A stretch of 64,000 nt of DNA. It comes from Octopus sinensis (lineage: Eukaryota). The position numbers and the translations under genes were made by a program. Below are positions 39,699 through 52,684 of this stretch, piece after piece (position 1 is the first letter of the stretch; the number at the start of each line of letters is the position of its first letter). Location: the NCBI RefSeq assembly GCF_006345805.1, contig NC_043007.1, forward strand, positions 28,334,001-28,398,000, written 5' to 3'. Under the pieces are notes generated by a model. It ran no database searches and was not told the DNA's origin. It was given only the letters and a program-made list of their open reading frames with translations.

Positions 39699-41417
39699 AT
39701 GTCAACTTACCTGAACAGCGGCCGGAGCCGCCAAAACACAATTGACGGTGACGACTTCTGGGCTGTGTCACAAATTGAACGTTCAGCCAACAAGTTTAAT
39801 TTATTCGATGATGATATCTCTGTTGACAATGCATCAAATTTTGCTTCAAAGATCCTTTCGTGTCGAGATGAAGACGATGAAGTAAGTGAAAGTCTTGCTT
39901 CTCTCATAGACTGTGAAACTGCAACAACACCTGGAGACCACCCACTAGCACATGCTAAAAATCTGAGTTTAAAATCAAACCAAGCGAATCTTATATCGAG
40001 AACAGGCACACCAGCGAAACCCTCTAATTTACCAGGTAGCAATCAACATTGTTCATCTTCTCCTTCGACTCCAGCTACTGAGTCAAATAGCAACAGTTTA
40101 CAACAAATAGGATCATCTTCCTATGGTCACGGCCGATCAAAAAGCGATACAACTAGTGCTATTCTACCTGATTCACACGCCAATACGAGGCGAGGTAGTC
40201 AACACACATCTAGCCAAATATTCCCTAAGCCTGGCTTCAGTTCTGCAGATTCTAACTTAAGCATAGATGATGTAATCGAAAAATCTGTTCCCAAAACAGC
40301 ATCTTCGTCATCCCTCCACAAACTTGAAGCCGAGGTAATTTCTTTAAAACACTCACTAAGGACAGCTGATCGTGAAAAGTGGTTAAAACCTCCGATTTCT
40401 GAGACCCTCAAAAGAATTCGAGATGGCGAAGCCCACTCTGGCATTAATATGTACCGAACGCGTGAAGACAAGGTAGAGATTTTAAATAAAGCTACTGAAA
40501 GTCATGATGGTAACATAATTATTACAGTTGTCCTATTTCTTCGTCAGACACTTAAAGATAGTATATTTCATGACATTCTCAAGAGCCATCCCATTGCTGC
40601 TAATCATTACATCAGTCATATGCGGGCTCTGAAAAATTACTCTGAATTGATATATTTTCTAAAAGGAATGGATATGCACGAGGAAGCTGCTATGACCATG
40701 TATAAGCAAGCAATCAGCTGTAAGGATTTAGCCAATAAGTTTAGTAGCCTCAAAAAATGCCTGCAAGAATACAAATCCAGTTACCCAGGTATGTCAACAG
40801 AACTTTGGTTGATTGAAAGTCAACTTGCACTTTTAGAATGGCAAAATACTGTTGAAAGTATGGATAAAAGTGACCAACGTAACACTATTTTACAAAAAAT
40901 TCCACCTACAAAACCTCTTGTTGATACGTCTGTGATTTATTCTTTATATTACAGTGCTTTGTATCATTACAATGACAAAGAAGCCGAATTTGCCTCACCA
41001 AACATCTTGCGCAACAAACATCAGTTAACAGAAAAACAGTTTCTATGGACAACTTTAACTGCCAGGGCTTACTTGAAAGCCTGGCCTAGTATTGAAGATA
41101 TGTTAACAACAAAAGGTAATATTTTCAGTGGCAAGAAACTTAGGGCAGTGATAGGACTTGATAAGGTTGCAGAACTATTGTATCAGTTCGGAGCAGAGGA
41201 GGCTGACATTAAAAAATACCTGTTGGCCATGAATGACAATGAAAAGTGTTTGCAACTTTCTCAAAAACTAAAATGTTATGAGACTTTCATTGAAACATGT
41301 GTTGCAATGAAAGATCGACGAGAACTGGAAATATTTGCTCAGAAATTTTCAGCAAACGCTGAGTTACATCAGAAAGCCATAGATGCGCTGAACACATCAA
41401 CTATCAAATGGAAATGA
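39699..41417 (+). CDS. VIPAS39: VPS33B-interacting protein VIPAS39/SPE-39 homologue, 572 aa, single coding exon
   Basis: N-terminal D-rich DDFW...KFNLFDDD motif like vertebrate EEYW..SKFKAFTFDDE; C-terminal helical Vps16-C-like region (EKQFLWTTLTARA...W); uninterrupted ORF. Confidence 0.85.
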   Translation: MSTYLNSGRSRQNTIDGDDFWAVSQIERSANKFNLFDDDISVDNASNFASKILSCRDEDDEVSESLASLIDCETATTPGDHPLAHAKNLSLKSNQANLISRTGTPAKPSNLPGSNQHCSSSPSTPATESNSNSLQQIGSSSYGHGRSKSDTTSAILPDSHANTRRGSQHTSSQIFPKPGFSSADSNLSIDDVIEKSVPKTASSSSLHKLEAEVISLKHSLRTADREKWLKPPISETLKRIRDGEAHSGINMYRTREDKVEILNKATESHDGNIIITVVLFLRQTLKDSIFHDILKSHPIAANHYISHMRALKNYSELIYFLKGMDMHEEAAMTMYKQAISCKDLANKFSSLKKCLQEYKSSYPGMSTELWLIESQLALLEWQNTVESMDKSDQRNTILQKIPPTKPLVDTSVIYSLYYSALYHYNDKEAEFASPNILRNKHQLTEKQFLWTTLTARAYLKAWPSIEDMLTTKGNIFSGKKLRAVIGLDKVAELLYQFGAEEADIKKYLLAMNDNEKCLQLSQKLKCYETFIETCVAMKDRRELEIFAQKFSANAELHQKAIDALNTSTIKWK

Positions 41418-41769
41418 AAAACTGTTCTTAAACTTTCTCTATTGATGAAATATATATACATACATATACTATATGTGTGTGAGTGCCCAGTTATAGCCAT
41501 TCTAATGTGTATATAAATATGTACATAAATATTAATTACTTAACACTTCACATGTTCAATATTTTTATTTCTACTTGAACAAATTATTGGTTTAAGATGT
41601 CACCTGCTTTAAAAAAACCCACTTGACCCTTGAACGCAAGATCTCTGTAAGGGTAACTACCTTCTTGCCACTAGTTTTTGAAATCCTAAAAAGAGTACAG
41701 TGATGTAAGTCTTTACAGACTTGATCAAAAACAGAAAAACTTTCTATAAAAGTGTGTTGTATGTGTATA

Positions 41770-41789
41770 TATACACATATATTCACACA

Positions 41790-41843
<54 letters not shown>

Positions 41844-42003
41844 CATTCATATATATATATATATGAATATATATATATATGTATGTATACATACATATAT
41901 ATATATATACATACATTCATATATATATATGAATATATATGTATGTATACATACATACAAATATATATATACATACATTCATATATATATATATAATATA
42001 CAT

Positions 42004-42036
<33 letters not shown>

Positions 42037-42039
42037 CAT

Positions 42040-42080
<41 letters not shown>

Positions 42081-42669
42081 CATTATATATATATATATAT
42101 ACATACACATACATATATATATACATATATATATATATACATATATTTATACATATATATATACATATATATATTTATATATATATATATACATATATAT
42201 TTATATAGAAATTCAGGGTGAGTACTTGATAATTGTAAGCACCTGTATATACCGTTTGGTAGTGTAGGTGGTGGAGTAAATTAATCAAAATAAAAACATG
42301 ATGCCAAGGATTCAGCGGCACATATGTTTCGGGCCTTTATTAGATGGATTATAACAATGCATAATGTGTGTCTATGGCCTTCTTCAGCTGCGCACAACTA
42401 CTACCTCAAGGACAAAAATTTTGATGTAATACATGTCCTTGCGGTAGTAGTTGTGCGCGGCTGAAGAAGGCCATAAACACACATTATGCATTGTTATAAA
42501 TCCGTCTAATAAAGGCCCGGAACATATGTACCGCTGAATCCTTGGCATCATGTTTTTATATATTTATATATATTTATATATATATATATACACACATACA
42601 AATATATAGATATACATACATATATATAGATATACATACATATATATAGATATACATACATATATATAG

Positions 42670-42701
<32 letters not shown>

Positions 42702-42853
42702 ATATATATATACACACACATACATATATATAGATATACATACATATATATATATATAGATGTATATACATACATACATATATATATATATATAATATAT
42801 ATATATATATACATACATATATATATATATCATACATACATATATATATGTAT

Positions 42854-42899
<46 letters not shown>

Positions 42900-43041
42900 C
42901 ATACATATAATATATATATATATATCTATATATATATATATATATACATACATATATATATATATATACATACATATATATCTATATATATATATATAAC
43001 ATACATAATATATATATATACATACACATATATATATATAT

Positions 43042-43074
<33 letters not shown>

Positions 43075-43206
43075 TATATAATACATATATATATATACAT
43101 ACATACATACATATATATATACATATATACATACATAATATATATATATATATATACATACATATACATACATACATATATTATATATATATATATAGAC
43201 ATACAT

Positions 43207-43237
<31 letters not shown>

Positions 43238-43265
43238 CATACATATACATACATACATATATATT

Positions 43266-43299
<34 letters not shown>

Positions 43300-43375
43300 C
43301 ACATACATACATACATACATATAGATGTATATACATACATATAGATGTATATACATATATATAGATGTATACACA
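41770..43375. repeat. very long compound (AT)n/(ATAC)n microsatellite field with embedded elements
   Basis: direct reading of the sequence. Confidence 0.92.
42290..42559. ncRNA. 270-bp palindrome; each arm carries a minimal type I hammerhead-like motif
   Basis: right arm GCGG-CTGAAGA-AGGCC...GGCCC-GGAA-CATATGT-A-CCGC; left arm (reverse complement) has GAAA-CATATGT-G-CCGC. Confidence 0.6.
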
Positions 43376-43424
43376 ATTAGTGAATGGAAGAAATGGAGTT
43401 GAACGAAGATTGTACAGAATTCCT

Positions 43425-43520
43425 TTTATTACATTCTACACATGTTTCAAAGGCCACAATTTTCCAAATTCTGATTAAATAAGGATACCATATTGCAGCT
43501 TTCTCTTCAGGAAAAACCAG
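43425..43520 (-). ncRNA. degenerate hammerhead-like motif in a PLE-type repeat
   Basis: CTGAAGA (43510-43504), 12-position stem II with one mismatch, GAAA (43448-43445), palindromic ACATGT, then AATAAA. Confidence 0.5.
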
Positions 43521-43624
43521 GAATTACGTTGTCAGAACAAAACAAAACAAATATATATTTATATATATATATATATACATACATATAATATATATATATA
43601 TATAGATATGTATATATACAAGCA

Positions 43625-44420
43625 TATCATCATCATCATCATCATCATTTAACGTCCGCTTTCCATGCTAGCATGGGTTGGACGGTTCAACTGGGGTCTG
43701 GGGAGCCCGAAGGCTGCACCAGGCCAGTCAGATCTGGCAGTGTTTCTACAGCTGGATGCCCTTCCTAACGCCAACCACTCCGAGAGTGTAGTGGGTGATT
43801 TTATGTGCCACCGACACAGGTGCCAGACGAGGCTGGCGAACGGCCACGCTCGGATGGTGTTTTTATGTGCCACCGACACAGGTGCCAGACGAGGCTGGCG
43901 AACGGCCACGCTCGGATGGTGTTTTTATGTGCCACCGACACAGATGCCAGACGAGGCTGACGAACGGCCACGATCGGATGGTGTTTCTTACGTGCCCACA
44001 GATACAAATTCCATTGATGTTCATCTATTTTGATTTGATTTGATTTGATTTTCACTTGCCTCAACAGGTCTTCACAAGTGTCACAAGAAGGAAGGAAGGT
44101 ATGCACAGGTGAACTGACAACGTCCCAGGTAGGGGCCACGGGTTATGGCCTGACTAGTCTTGTTTTGTCGGGTCTTCGGATGATGTTTTTATGTGTCTCC
44201 GACACAGGTGCCAGATGGATGGTGTTTGTTACGTGCCCACAGCACGGAGGCCAGTCGATGCGGTACTGGCTACGGCCACGTTCGGATGGTTTTCTTGTGT
44301 GCCACCGGCACTGGTACCACAAAGATACAAATTCCATTGATGTTCATCTATTTTGATTTGATTTGATTTGATTTGATCACTTGTCTCAACAGGTCTTCAC
44401 AAGTGTCACAAGAAGGAAGG
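43625..44420 (-). mobile_element. RTE 3' tail with 62-bp minisatellite and about 100-bp internal duplication
   Basis: units start at 43805, 43867, 43929; 43997-44098 repeated at 44319-44419. Confidence 0.85.
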
Positions 44421-44526
44421 TATACATACACATATTTATATATACATACATATATATATATACATACACATATATATATACATACACATATATATATATA
44501 TACATACATATATATATATACATACA

Positions 44527-44925
44527 CTAGCAGTATCACCTGGCGTTGCTCGGGTTTGTAAGGGAAATAACTATATAAGCATTTTTAGAGAGTTATAGCC
44601 AAAAAGTAGCAAAAAAAATGCATTAAAAATGGGAAAAAAATTATGGTAAATTTTTTTTTAAATCGTTGACTCATCGTAGACATTTTTAGAGAGTTACTTC
44701 CCTTATATAATAGCGAAAAAATGCATTAAAATGGAAAAAAATGATGATAATTTTTTTTTTAAATCCTAGACTCATCGTAGACATGCGCTAATACCCAGAA
44801 GGGCTCGATATGAATCACGACTATAAGATACCCGGTTTTGGTAAAACTGCACCGCAAAATGTGGGAGTAGTTAGGAATCTAAATCGTAGGAGACAGACAC
44901 ACAACCTCCCTTTTATATATAAAGA
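44527..44925 (+). mobile_element. non-autonomous Helitron/Helentron-like element (Lep1/DINE-type architecture)
   Basis: starts ACTAGCAGTATCACCTGGCGTTGCTCGGG, two internal about 110-bp tandem units, ends ACAGACACACAAC...TTTTATATATAAAGAT in an AT-rich site. Confidence 0.65.
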
Positions 44926-45359
44926 TATATATATACATATACATACATATATATATATATACACATGCATATATATACATACATATATCTATATACATAC
45001 ATACATATATATATACATACATATATGAGATATATGAAGGGATATTATTATTAATATTCTAGAAACAGCTGTAAGACCTATCTATAAACGCTCTAATAAC
45101 TATAAAATGCCTTGGTTTTTTTATCTCATTACGCAAAAAATTCATATATACATACATACATATATATATATTCACGCATGCATATATATATGTATATACA
45201 TGCATACATATATATATATTCACGCATACATATATATATGTATATACATATATATACATATACATACATATATATATACATACATATATATATATATATA
45301 TACATATATATATACAAATATATATATACATGCATATATATATATATACATACATATAG

Positions 45360-46288
45360 GCGCAGGAGTGGCTGTGTGGTAAGTAGCTTGCTAACCAACC
45401 ACATGGTTGAGGGTTCAGTCCCACTGCGTGGCATCTTGGGCAAGTGTCTTCTGCTATAGCCCTGGGCCGACCAATGCCTTGTGAGTGGATTTGGTAGACG
45501 GAAACTGAAAGAAGCCTGTCGTATATATGTATTTTTTTTCTTTTTTTTTTTTTACTTGTTTCAGTCATTTGACTGCGGCCATGCTGGAGCACCGCCTTTA
45601 GTAGAGCAAATCGACCCCGGGACTTATTCTTTGTAAGCCCAGTACTTATTCTATCGGTCTGTTTTGCCGAACCGCTAAGTGACAGGGACGTAAACACACC
45701 AGCATCGGTTGTCAAGCAATGCTAGGGGAACAAACACAGACACACAAACACACACACACATATATATATACATATATACGACAGGCTTCTTTCAGTTTCC
45801 GTCTACCAAATCCACTCACAAGGCATTGGTCGGCCCGGTGTTATAGCAGAAGACATTTGCCCAAGATGCCACGCAGTGGGATTGAACCCGGAACCATGTG
45901 GTTGGTTAGCAAGCTACTTACCACACAGCCACTCCTAAATCGCATCACATAACGACAATACGGCACAACTATTTCACCTCAATTGGACCCGCTCTCTTCA
46001 ACATTACACCAGGACACGTCAAAAAAGAAACTGACCACACAAAATTCAAGAAGTCTTTGGACAAATTCCTTCAAACAGTCCAGGACAAACCACCCACACC
46101 CGAATATGTATATATGCGACCAATGCTGGTGTGTTTACGTCCCTGTCACTTAGCGGTTCGGCAAAAGAGACCGATAGAATAAGTACTGGGCTTACAAAGA
46201 ATAAGTCCCGGGGTCGATTTGCTTGACTAAAGGTGGTGCTCCAGCATGGCCGCAGTCAAATGACTGAAACAAGTAAAAGAATAAAAGA

Positions 46289-46292
<4 letters not shown>
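45360..46292. mobile_element. cluster of family-A SINE pieces in both orientations plus an inverted LINE piece
   Basis: + head 45360-45525; - full copy 45553-45936; + LINE piece 45937-46106; + SINE tail 46118-46292. Confidence 0.85.
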
Positions 46293-46351
<59 letters not shown>

Positions 46352-46358
46352 TATACAC

Positions 46359-46411
<53 letters not shown>

Positions 46412-46489
46412 CATATATATACATACATACATATACATACATACATATATATATACATATATATATATACATATAACTTAGAATAACTT

Positions 46490-49085
46490 AGAAAGGTTTT
46501 GGCCAGTATTGGCCCAGGCCATGTCTAACTTAATAGCACCACCTGGCGAAGTCTTTCAATTCAGGATTTGGGCACCAAGGCCCATTCGAGCAGAGAGTTA
46601 TTGTTTGCGGAGACATATTCGGGTGTTGGTGGTTTGTCCAGGACTATTTGAAGGAATTTGTCCAAAGATTTCTTGAATTTTGTGTGTTCAGTTTCCTTTT
46701 TGACATGTCCTGGTGTAATGTTGAAGAGAGCGGGTCCAATTGAGGTGAAATAGTTGTGCCGTATTGTCGTTATGTGATGCGATTTAGATTTTTGTTGTGG
46801 ACGGATGGCACGTGGTCCAAGCCTTGGATGTATTTTGAAGGTAATGCCAACATCATTCGGACAGTGCTTATGGAATATTTTCCACATCATACAGATAATG
46901 TAGCATTCACGGCGTCATTGGAGTGAATACAGTTTCAGCTTCTCTAGTCTACCCCAGTAAAGGTCTGACATGCCATCTATCTTTTTTGTGATTGACCTTT
47001 GGGGAGCTTCAATTCTCATAATATTTTGTTTTGTGTAGGGAGACCACAGTGGACAGCAGTATTCAAGGTGGGGTCGGGCAAAAGTGGAGAAGAGAAGGAT
47101 AATAGTGTAGGAATCTCTCGACTGGAAGGGTCTGAGAATCCAGGAACACATTCTGCGGGCCATGTCAACTTTGTTGCTTATATGTGTAGCCCAGCTTATG
47201 TTGTTGTCCACTGTTACTCCCAAGTCTCTGATGTTGTTGGATGCCATGAGAATTTCTCCAGATGGAAGGGAGTATGGGAGTTTCAGAGCGTCCTCCCTTC
47301 CAAAGTGGATCAGTTCGAATTTGTCTTCGTTTAGCAACATGTTATTCTTTTCCGCCCATTGGACAACAGCCAGTAGGTCTGACTGAAGGCTTATTCGGTC
47401 ATCCACGCCATTGATGACCTTCTGGAGCTTGGAATCATCAGCAAAGGTTCTGATGTTACTGTGTTTGATGGTGTCAGTAATATCATTTATGTAGATGATG
47501 AAGAGAAGTGGGCCCAACAGTGCCTTGTGGGACACCACTGCTGACTTTGGCTGAGCTGGATTTGACTCCTTCGACTACAACATGTTGGGTTCTGTTAGAC
47601 AGGAAGCACTTGATCCACTGCAGCAGCTTTCCAGTGACACCAATATTGGACAGCTTTCTCAGAAGGATCTTATGATCAACCCTGTGAAAGGCCTTGCTGA
47701 AATCAAGGTAGATGACATCAGTGTTGGAGCCCTCTCCCAAGGCTCTCAAAATATCATCAAAATGATGCAGTAGCTGCGTCAGGCAATCTCTCCCATTACG
47801 GAATCCATGCTGGTTGGGGTTCAGCATATTATGACTCTCAAGGAAGTGAGTCATACGCGATCTCAGCACCCTCTCAAATACCTTAATGATATGAGAGGTG
47901 AGTGAGATTGGATGGTAATTCACGGCAAGCGATTTGTTTCCTTTTTTGAAAACTGGGACAACAGACTAGGATAGAAGGTCTTCTGGTATATATCCAGCAT
48001 CCAGTGAGTTCCGCCACAGATTGGCTAGAGGGGGTGCAAGTTGGTTTTGACACATCTTCAAGACACAAGCAGGGAACCTACTGCTGAATTATGCTTCATT
48101 TCCTTTATTGCTGCTAAGACATCAGGAGTGCCAAAGGTTATGTCCGATAAAGTGTATTGGGGAGTAACATCACTGATACAGCCCAGATCAGTCATATCAG
48201 GATTGCTGAAAACAGAGCAGTATTGTTTCTGCAATATCTCTCCCATGGTTTTGGCATTGTCTTGAAGAGTACCATTTTCATCAATCAGAGGGCCAACAGT
48301 AGAACCAGTGACTCTGTGTTTTTTTGCAAGTGAAATGAACACTTTGGGATTGAGTTTGATCTTCTCAATGGCCCAGGCCTCTTCAGCTCTTCGCTGACTA
48401 TTGATGATAGACATCATGTTGTTTTGGAGTTTATGTTTTTTAATCTCTAGCGACGAGATGGCAGTCAGGTTGGTGTGTTGCTGTTGACAGTATTTCAGCT
48501 TGTTGATTTTTTTGTTAATTCTTTTAATTTTCCTGATGAGAGATTTTCTATTTCTAGGGATTCGACACTTAGATTTGTTTGCAGATCTTAATGGGGTGTG
48601 TTTTGCACATATGTTCGTAATGGTGTCTACAAATGACTGCCAGGACTTTTTGATGTTAGTGGGTGTGTATGTGTGCGTGAAGGACCAATTGACTTGTGCA
48701 AGATCATTATTGATCGCTTCCCAGGTTGCATTGTGGAAATCCATAGTGTCAAATGGATGAACAGGAGGGATGACATTTGTTTTGCATTTTGACCAGTGAA
48801 ATCTCAGATCACAGAGAACCATGTCATGATCAGAGAGTAGGGTTTTCTCCACTGCAATATTGTGGATAGTATCAGTGTGATTGCTGAAAATTAAGTCTAA
48901 GACGTTTTTATGACATCTAGTTGGTTCGAGTACCAGTTGGGACAGGAAGAAATCATCCATGAAGTCAAGAAGCGATTCCACTGCCTCCCTGTCAGGGGTT
49001 GAGAGAGAAGAACCTGGCGGCAGACTGTTTGTAGACCAGTCAACCCTGGGAAGGTTGAAGTCTCCCATCATTAAAATGTTGTCAG
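46490..49085 (-). mobile_element. 5'-truncated CR1/L2-group LINE ORF2 (APE C-terminus, RT, C-terminus)
   Basis: MGDFNLP, LDLIF, LSDH, YHPISLTSHIIKVFE, IYLDFSKAFHRVDH, SGVPQG, FADDSKL, RPHLEYCCPLWSPY. Confidence 0.92.
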
Positions 49086-49097
49086 GTTGACACTACA

Positions 49098-49441
49098 TAT
49101 ATAAAAGAGCCCCTTCGGTCATGAATGACCATGGGATTGCACCTAGAAAGTTACCCTCCTAGACACAAGTCCGGGCAAGGTTGTTTATGGAAGACCAGCA
49201 GTCGCCCATGCATACCGGCCTCCCCTCTCCACGCCACCAGTGTTATCCAAGGGAAAGACAAAGGTCGATACAGCTTGGCACCAGTGACGTCGCAACTCAT
49301 TTCTACAGCTGAGTGAACTGGAGCAACGTGAAAAATAAAGTGCCTTGCTCAAGAACACAACACCCAGCCCGGTCCGGGATTCGAGCTCACAACCTCACGA
49401 TCGTAAGCTCGACGCTCTAACCACTGAGCCATGCGCCTTCA
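49098..49441 (-). mobile_element. full-length tRNA-derived CORE-like SINE (family B)
   Basis: TGGCTCAGTGG A box, GCTCGAATCCC B box, TTCTTGAGCAAGGCACTT CORE-like segment; CACTACATA on both flanks (probable TSD). Confidence 0.9.
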
Positions 49442-49444
49442 CTA

Positions 49445-49979
49445 CATACATATATATATATAATATATATATATAATATATATACATATATATATATATA
49501 TACATATATACATATATATATACATATATACATATATATATACATATATATAATACATATATATATAATACATATATATATATACATATATATATATATA
49601 CATATATATATATACACATATATATATATACACATATATATATATACATATATAATATATATATATATAACATATATATATATATATTATATATATATAC
49701 ATATACATTATATATATATACATATATATATCATATATATATATATATACATACATTATATATACATACATATATATATATACTACATATATATATACAT
49801 ACATATATATATATACATATATATACACATATATATATATACAATATATATATATATATACAATATATATATATACATATATATATACATATACATATAT
49901 ATATACATATATATATATATATACATTATATATATACATATATATATACATATATATATACATATACATATATATATAC

Positions 49980-50044
<65 letters not shown>

Positions 50045-50045
50045 C

Positions 50046-50080
<35 letters not shown>

Positions 50081-50095
50081 ACATATATATATATA

Positions 50096-50126
<31 letters not shown>

Positions 50127-50245
50127 CATATATATATATTATATATATATATATACATATATATACATATATATATTACATATACATATACATTATACAT
50201 ATATATACATATACATATACATATATATATATATACATATATATA

Positions 50246-50276
<31 letters not shown>

Positions 50277-50280
50277 CATC
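49445..50280. repeat. about 830-bp (AT)n-rich microsatellite field
   Basis: direct reading of the sequence. Confidence 0.92.
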
Positions 50281-50289
50281 AGACATGTA

Positions 50290-52505
50290 TATTTATATTT
50301 AGGAGAGGAATGTGTCTGCATGGATGATGGTTCACTTGCATTAAATGAGGCTGCAATGGTTTGGAGATGCCAATATGAAAGGTTGCTCAATAAAGAGAAT
50401 GAATGAAAGAAAGAGAGTCTGCTGAATGCCAATCCAACAAAGGGACCAGCTATCCAAAAAAACAGTACCTTGGTAGATAAAGCAATTGAAGGTATGAAGA
50501 CCGGGAAAACCCCTGGCCCATCAGGAACCTCTGCAGAAATGCTCAAACTATCTGGCAGTGTTGGCTATTGCGTAGTCAGCCATATAGTCAACAAGGTGAT
50601 ACATGAAGGAATCATACCCAATGACTGGTGTAGCAAGACCATAGTCAACTGCTACAAAAGTAGAGGTGATGCGTTAGATACAAATAATTACAGAAGTATC
50701 AAGTTGTTGGATCAGGTAATGAAGGTCACGGAGAGGGTCATAGCCCAACTAATTGGGGAGAAAGTGAGCCCAGATGAGATGCAGTTTGGGTTGGTGTCAA
50801 GGAAAAGCACCACTAATGCTATATTTCTGCTAAGACAGCAGCAGGAGAAATACCTAGCCAAAGATAAACCTCTGTAACTGGCTTTCGTTCACATGGAGAA
50901 AGCCTTTGACAGGGTCCCCCGATCCCTTATCTGGTAGTCAAGGAGGAAACTAGGGATAGATGAATGGTTAGTGAGAGCTGTGCAAGCCATGTACAGGGAC
51001 ACTGTCAGTAAAGTGAGGGTTGACAACAAGTACAGTGAAGAATTCTGGGCAGGGGTAGGGGTCCACCAAAGATCAGTCCTCAGCCTCCTCTAATTCATCA
51101 TAGTTCTCCTGGCAATAACACAGGAATTCAAGACAGGATGCCCCTGGGAGCTCCTCTATGCTGATGCCCTTGCTCTAATTGCTGAGTCACAATCAGAACT
51201 AGAGGAGAAGCTTCAGGTGTGGAAGCAAGGATTAGAATTGAAGGGCCTTAGAGGCAACCTAGCTAAAACCAAAGTCCTAATAAGTAGGAAGGTAGACAAA
51301 CCACAAATCCCTTCAGGTAGATTGCCCTACTCAATCTGTACAAAAGGCATAGATAGAAATTCCATAAGATGTATCCAGTGTAAGCAATGGACACATATGA
51401 GGTGCAGCAATATCAAAGGAAGGCTAACGGGGAAGATAGTTTTTGTATGTGGCAAATGCTCAGGAGTAATAAACACGGAAAATGTGCAGAGAACAGCTTC
51501 CATCACATTCCAGGGAGAAAAACTACAAGAAGTTGATAGCTTCCGTTACCTAGGTGACCAAATCAGTAGTGGGGCTGGATTCTCTGAAAGTGTAGCTGCT
51601 AGAATGAGAATAGCCTGGGCGAAGTTCAGAGAGCTCCTACCTCTGCAAGTGAAAAAGGTCTATCACTCAGAGTAAAATGTAGACTGTATGATGCATGTGT
51701 GCAAACAGCCATGCAATATGGCAGTAAAACATGAGCCGTGACTGCTGAGGACATAAGTAAGCTTGTAAGGAATAAAGCCAGTATGCTCTGATGGATGTGT
51801 AATGTCAGTGTGCACCCTGAAAGAAAAGTTGGACTTAAGAAGCATCAGATGTGGTGTGCAAGTGAGATGACTATGCTGGTATGGTCATGCGTTGTGAATG
51901 GATGAGGATAACAGTGCAAAAACGTGTCACACGCTAGCAGTTGCTTGAGAAGACCCGGCAAGTCAAGTGAGACCATAACCCATGGCCTATGCCAGTGGTG
52001 TATAACCAGTCCACTTATGAGTACCCTTCATTCATTGGACAATAAACTATGCTTGCAAAGACCTGTTGAGGCAAGTGAAATCGAAATCCCTGATGTGGCC
52101 AATAACAGTACCACCTGATTGGCACCTGTGCCTGTAGAACATTAAAAGCACATCCAAGCGTGATCATTGCCAGGGCTGCTGACTGGCTCCAGTGCTGGTG
52201 GCATGTAAAAAGCACCATTCGAGCGTGATCATTGCCAGCATCGCCTGACTGGTTCCTATGCAGGTGGCACGTAAAAAACACCATTTGAGTGTGGTCATTG
52301 CCTGTACCGCCTGACTGGCCCCTGTGCCGGTGGCGCGTAAAAGCACCCACTACACTCTTAGAGTTGTTGGTGTTAGAAAGGGCATCCAGCTGTAGAAACT
52401 CTGCCAGATCAGATTGGAGCCTGGCGTAGCCATCTGGTTCGCCAGTCCTCAGTCAATCCGCCCAACCCATGCCAGCATGGAAGGTGGACGTTAAACGATG
52501 ATGAT
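50290..52505 (+). mobile_element. degenerate RTE-like LINE of the PHD-containing family with 3'-UTR minisatellite
   Basis: KTPGPSG, NNYRSIKLL, EKAFDRVPR, PHD-like Cys cluster, tail units at about 52120-52350, (GAT)n end. Confidence 0.9.
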
Positions 52506-52684
52506 ATACATACACACACACACATATATATAGATATATATATATATATATATATACATATATACATTAATAAAATATATACATACAATATTAGATATGT
52601 ACATATATGCACCAAGGTACTACATGAGTATCTATATTGCCAAAGATAGAAGTCAAAAAATACTTCTGTACCACCGAATAGTCA

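Noticed and set aside
39514-40471. Antisense ORFs overlapping VIPAS39 (and plus-strand ORFs inside ZWILCH)
   Set aside because: Shadow frames of real genes with no recognisable motifs.
41721-43376. Long YI/IY/CV-rich ORFs (also 8815-9185, 22555-23402, 45059-45459, 46192-46481, 49395-50546)
   Set aside because: Stop-free translations of (AT)n/(CA)n microsatellites, not proteins.
49360-49441. tRNA genes at SINE heads (also 60510-60582, 14836-14910)
   Set aside because: They continue into SINE bodies and lack a complete acceptor stem; treated as tRNA-derived SINE heads.
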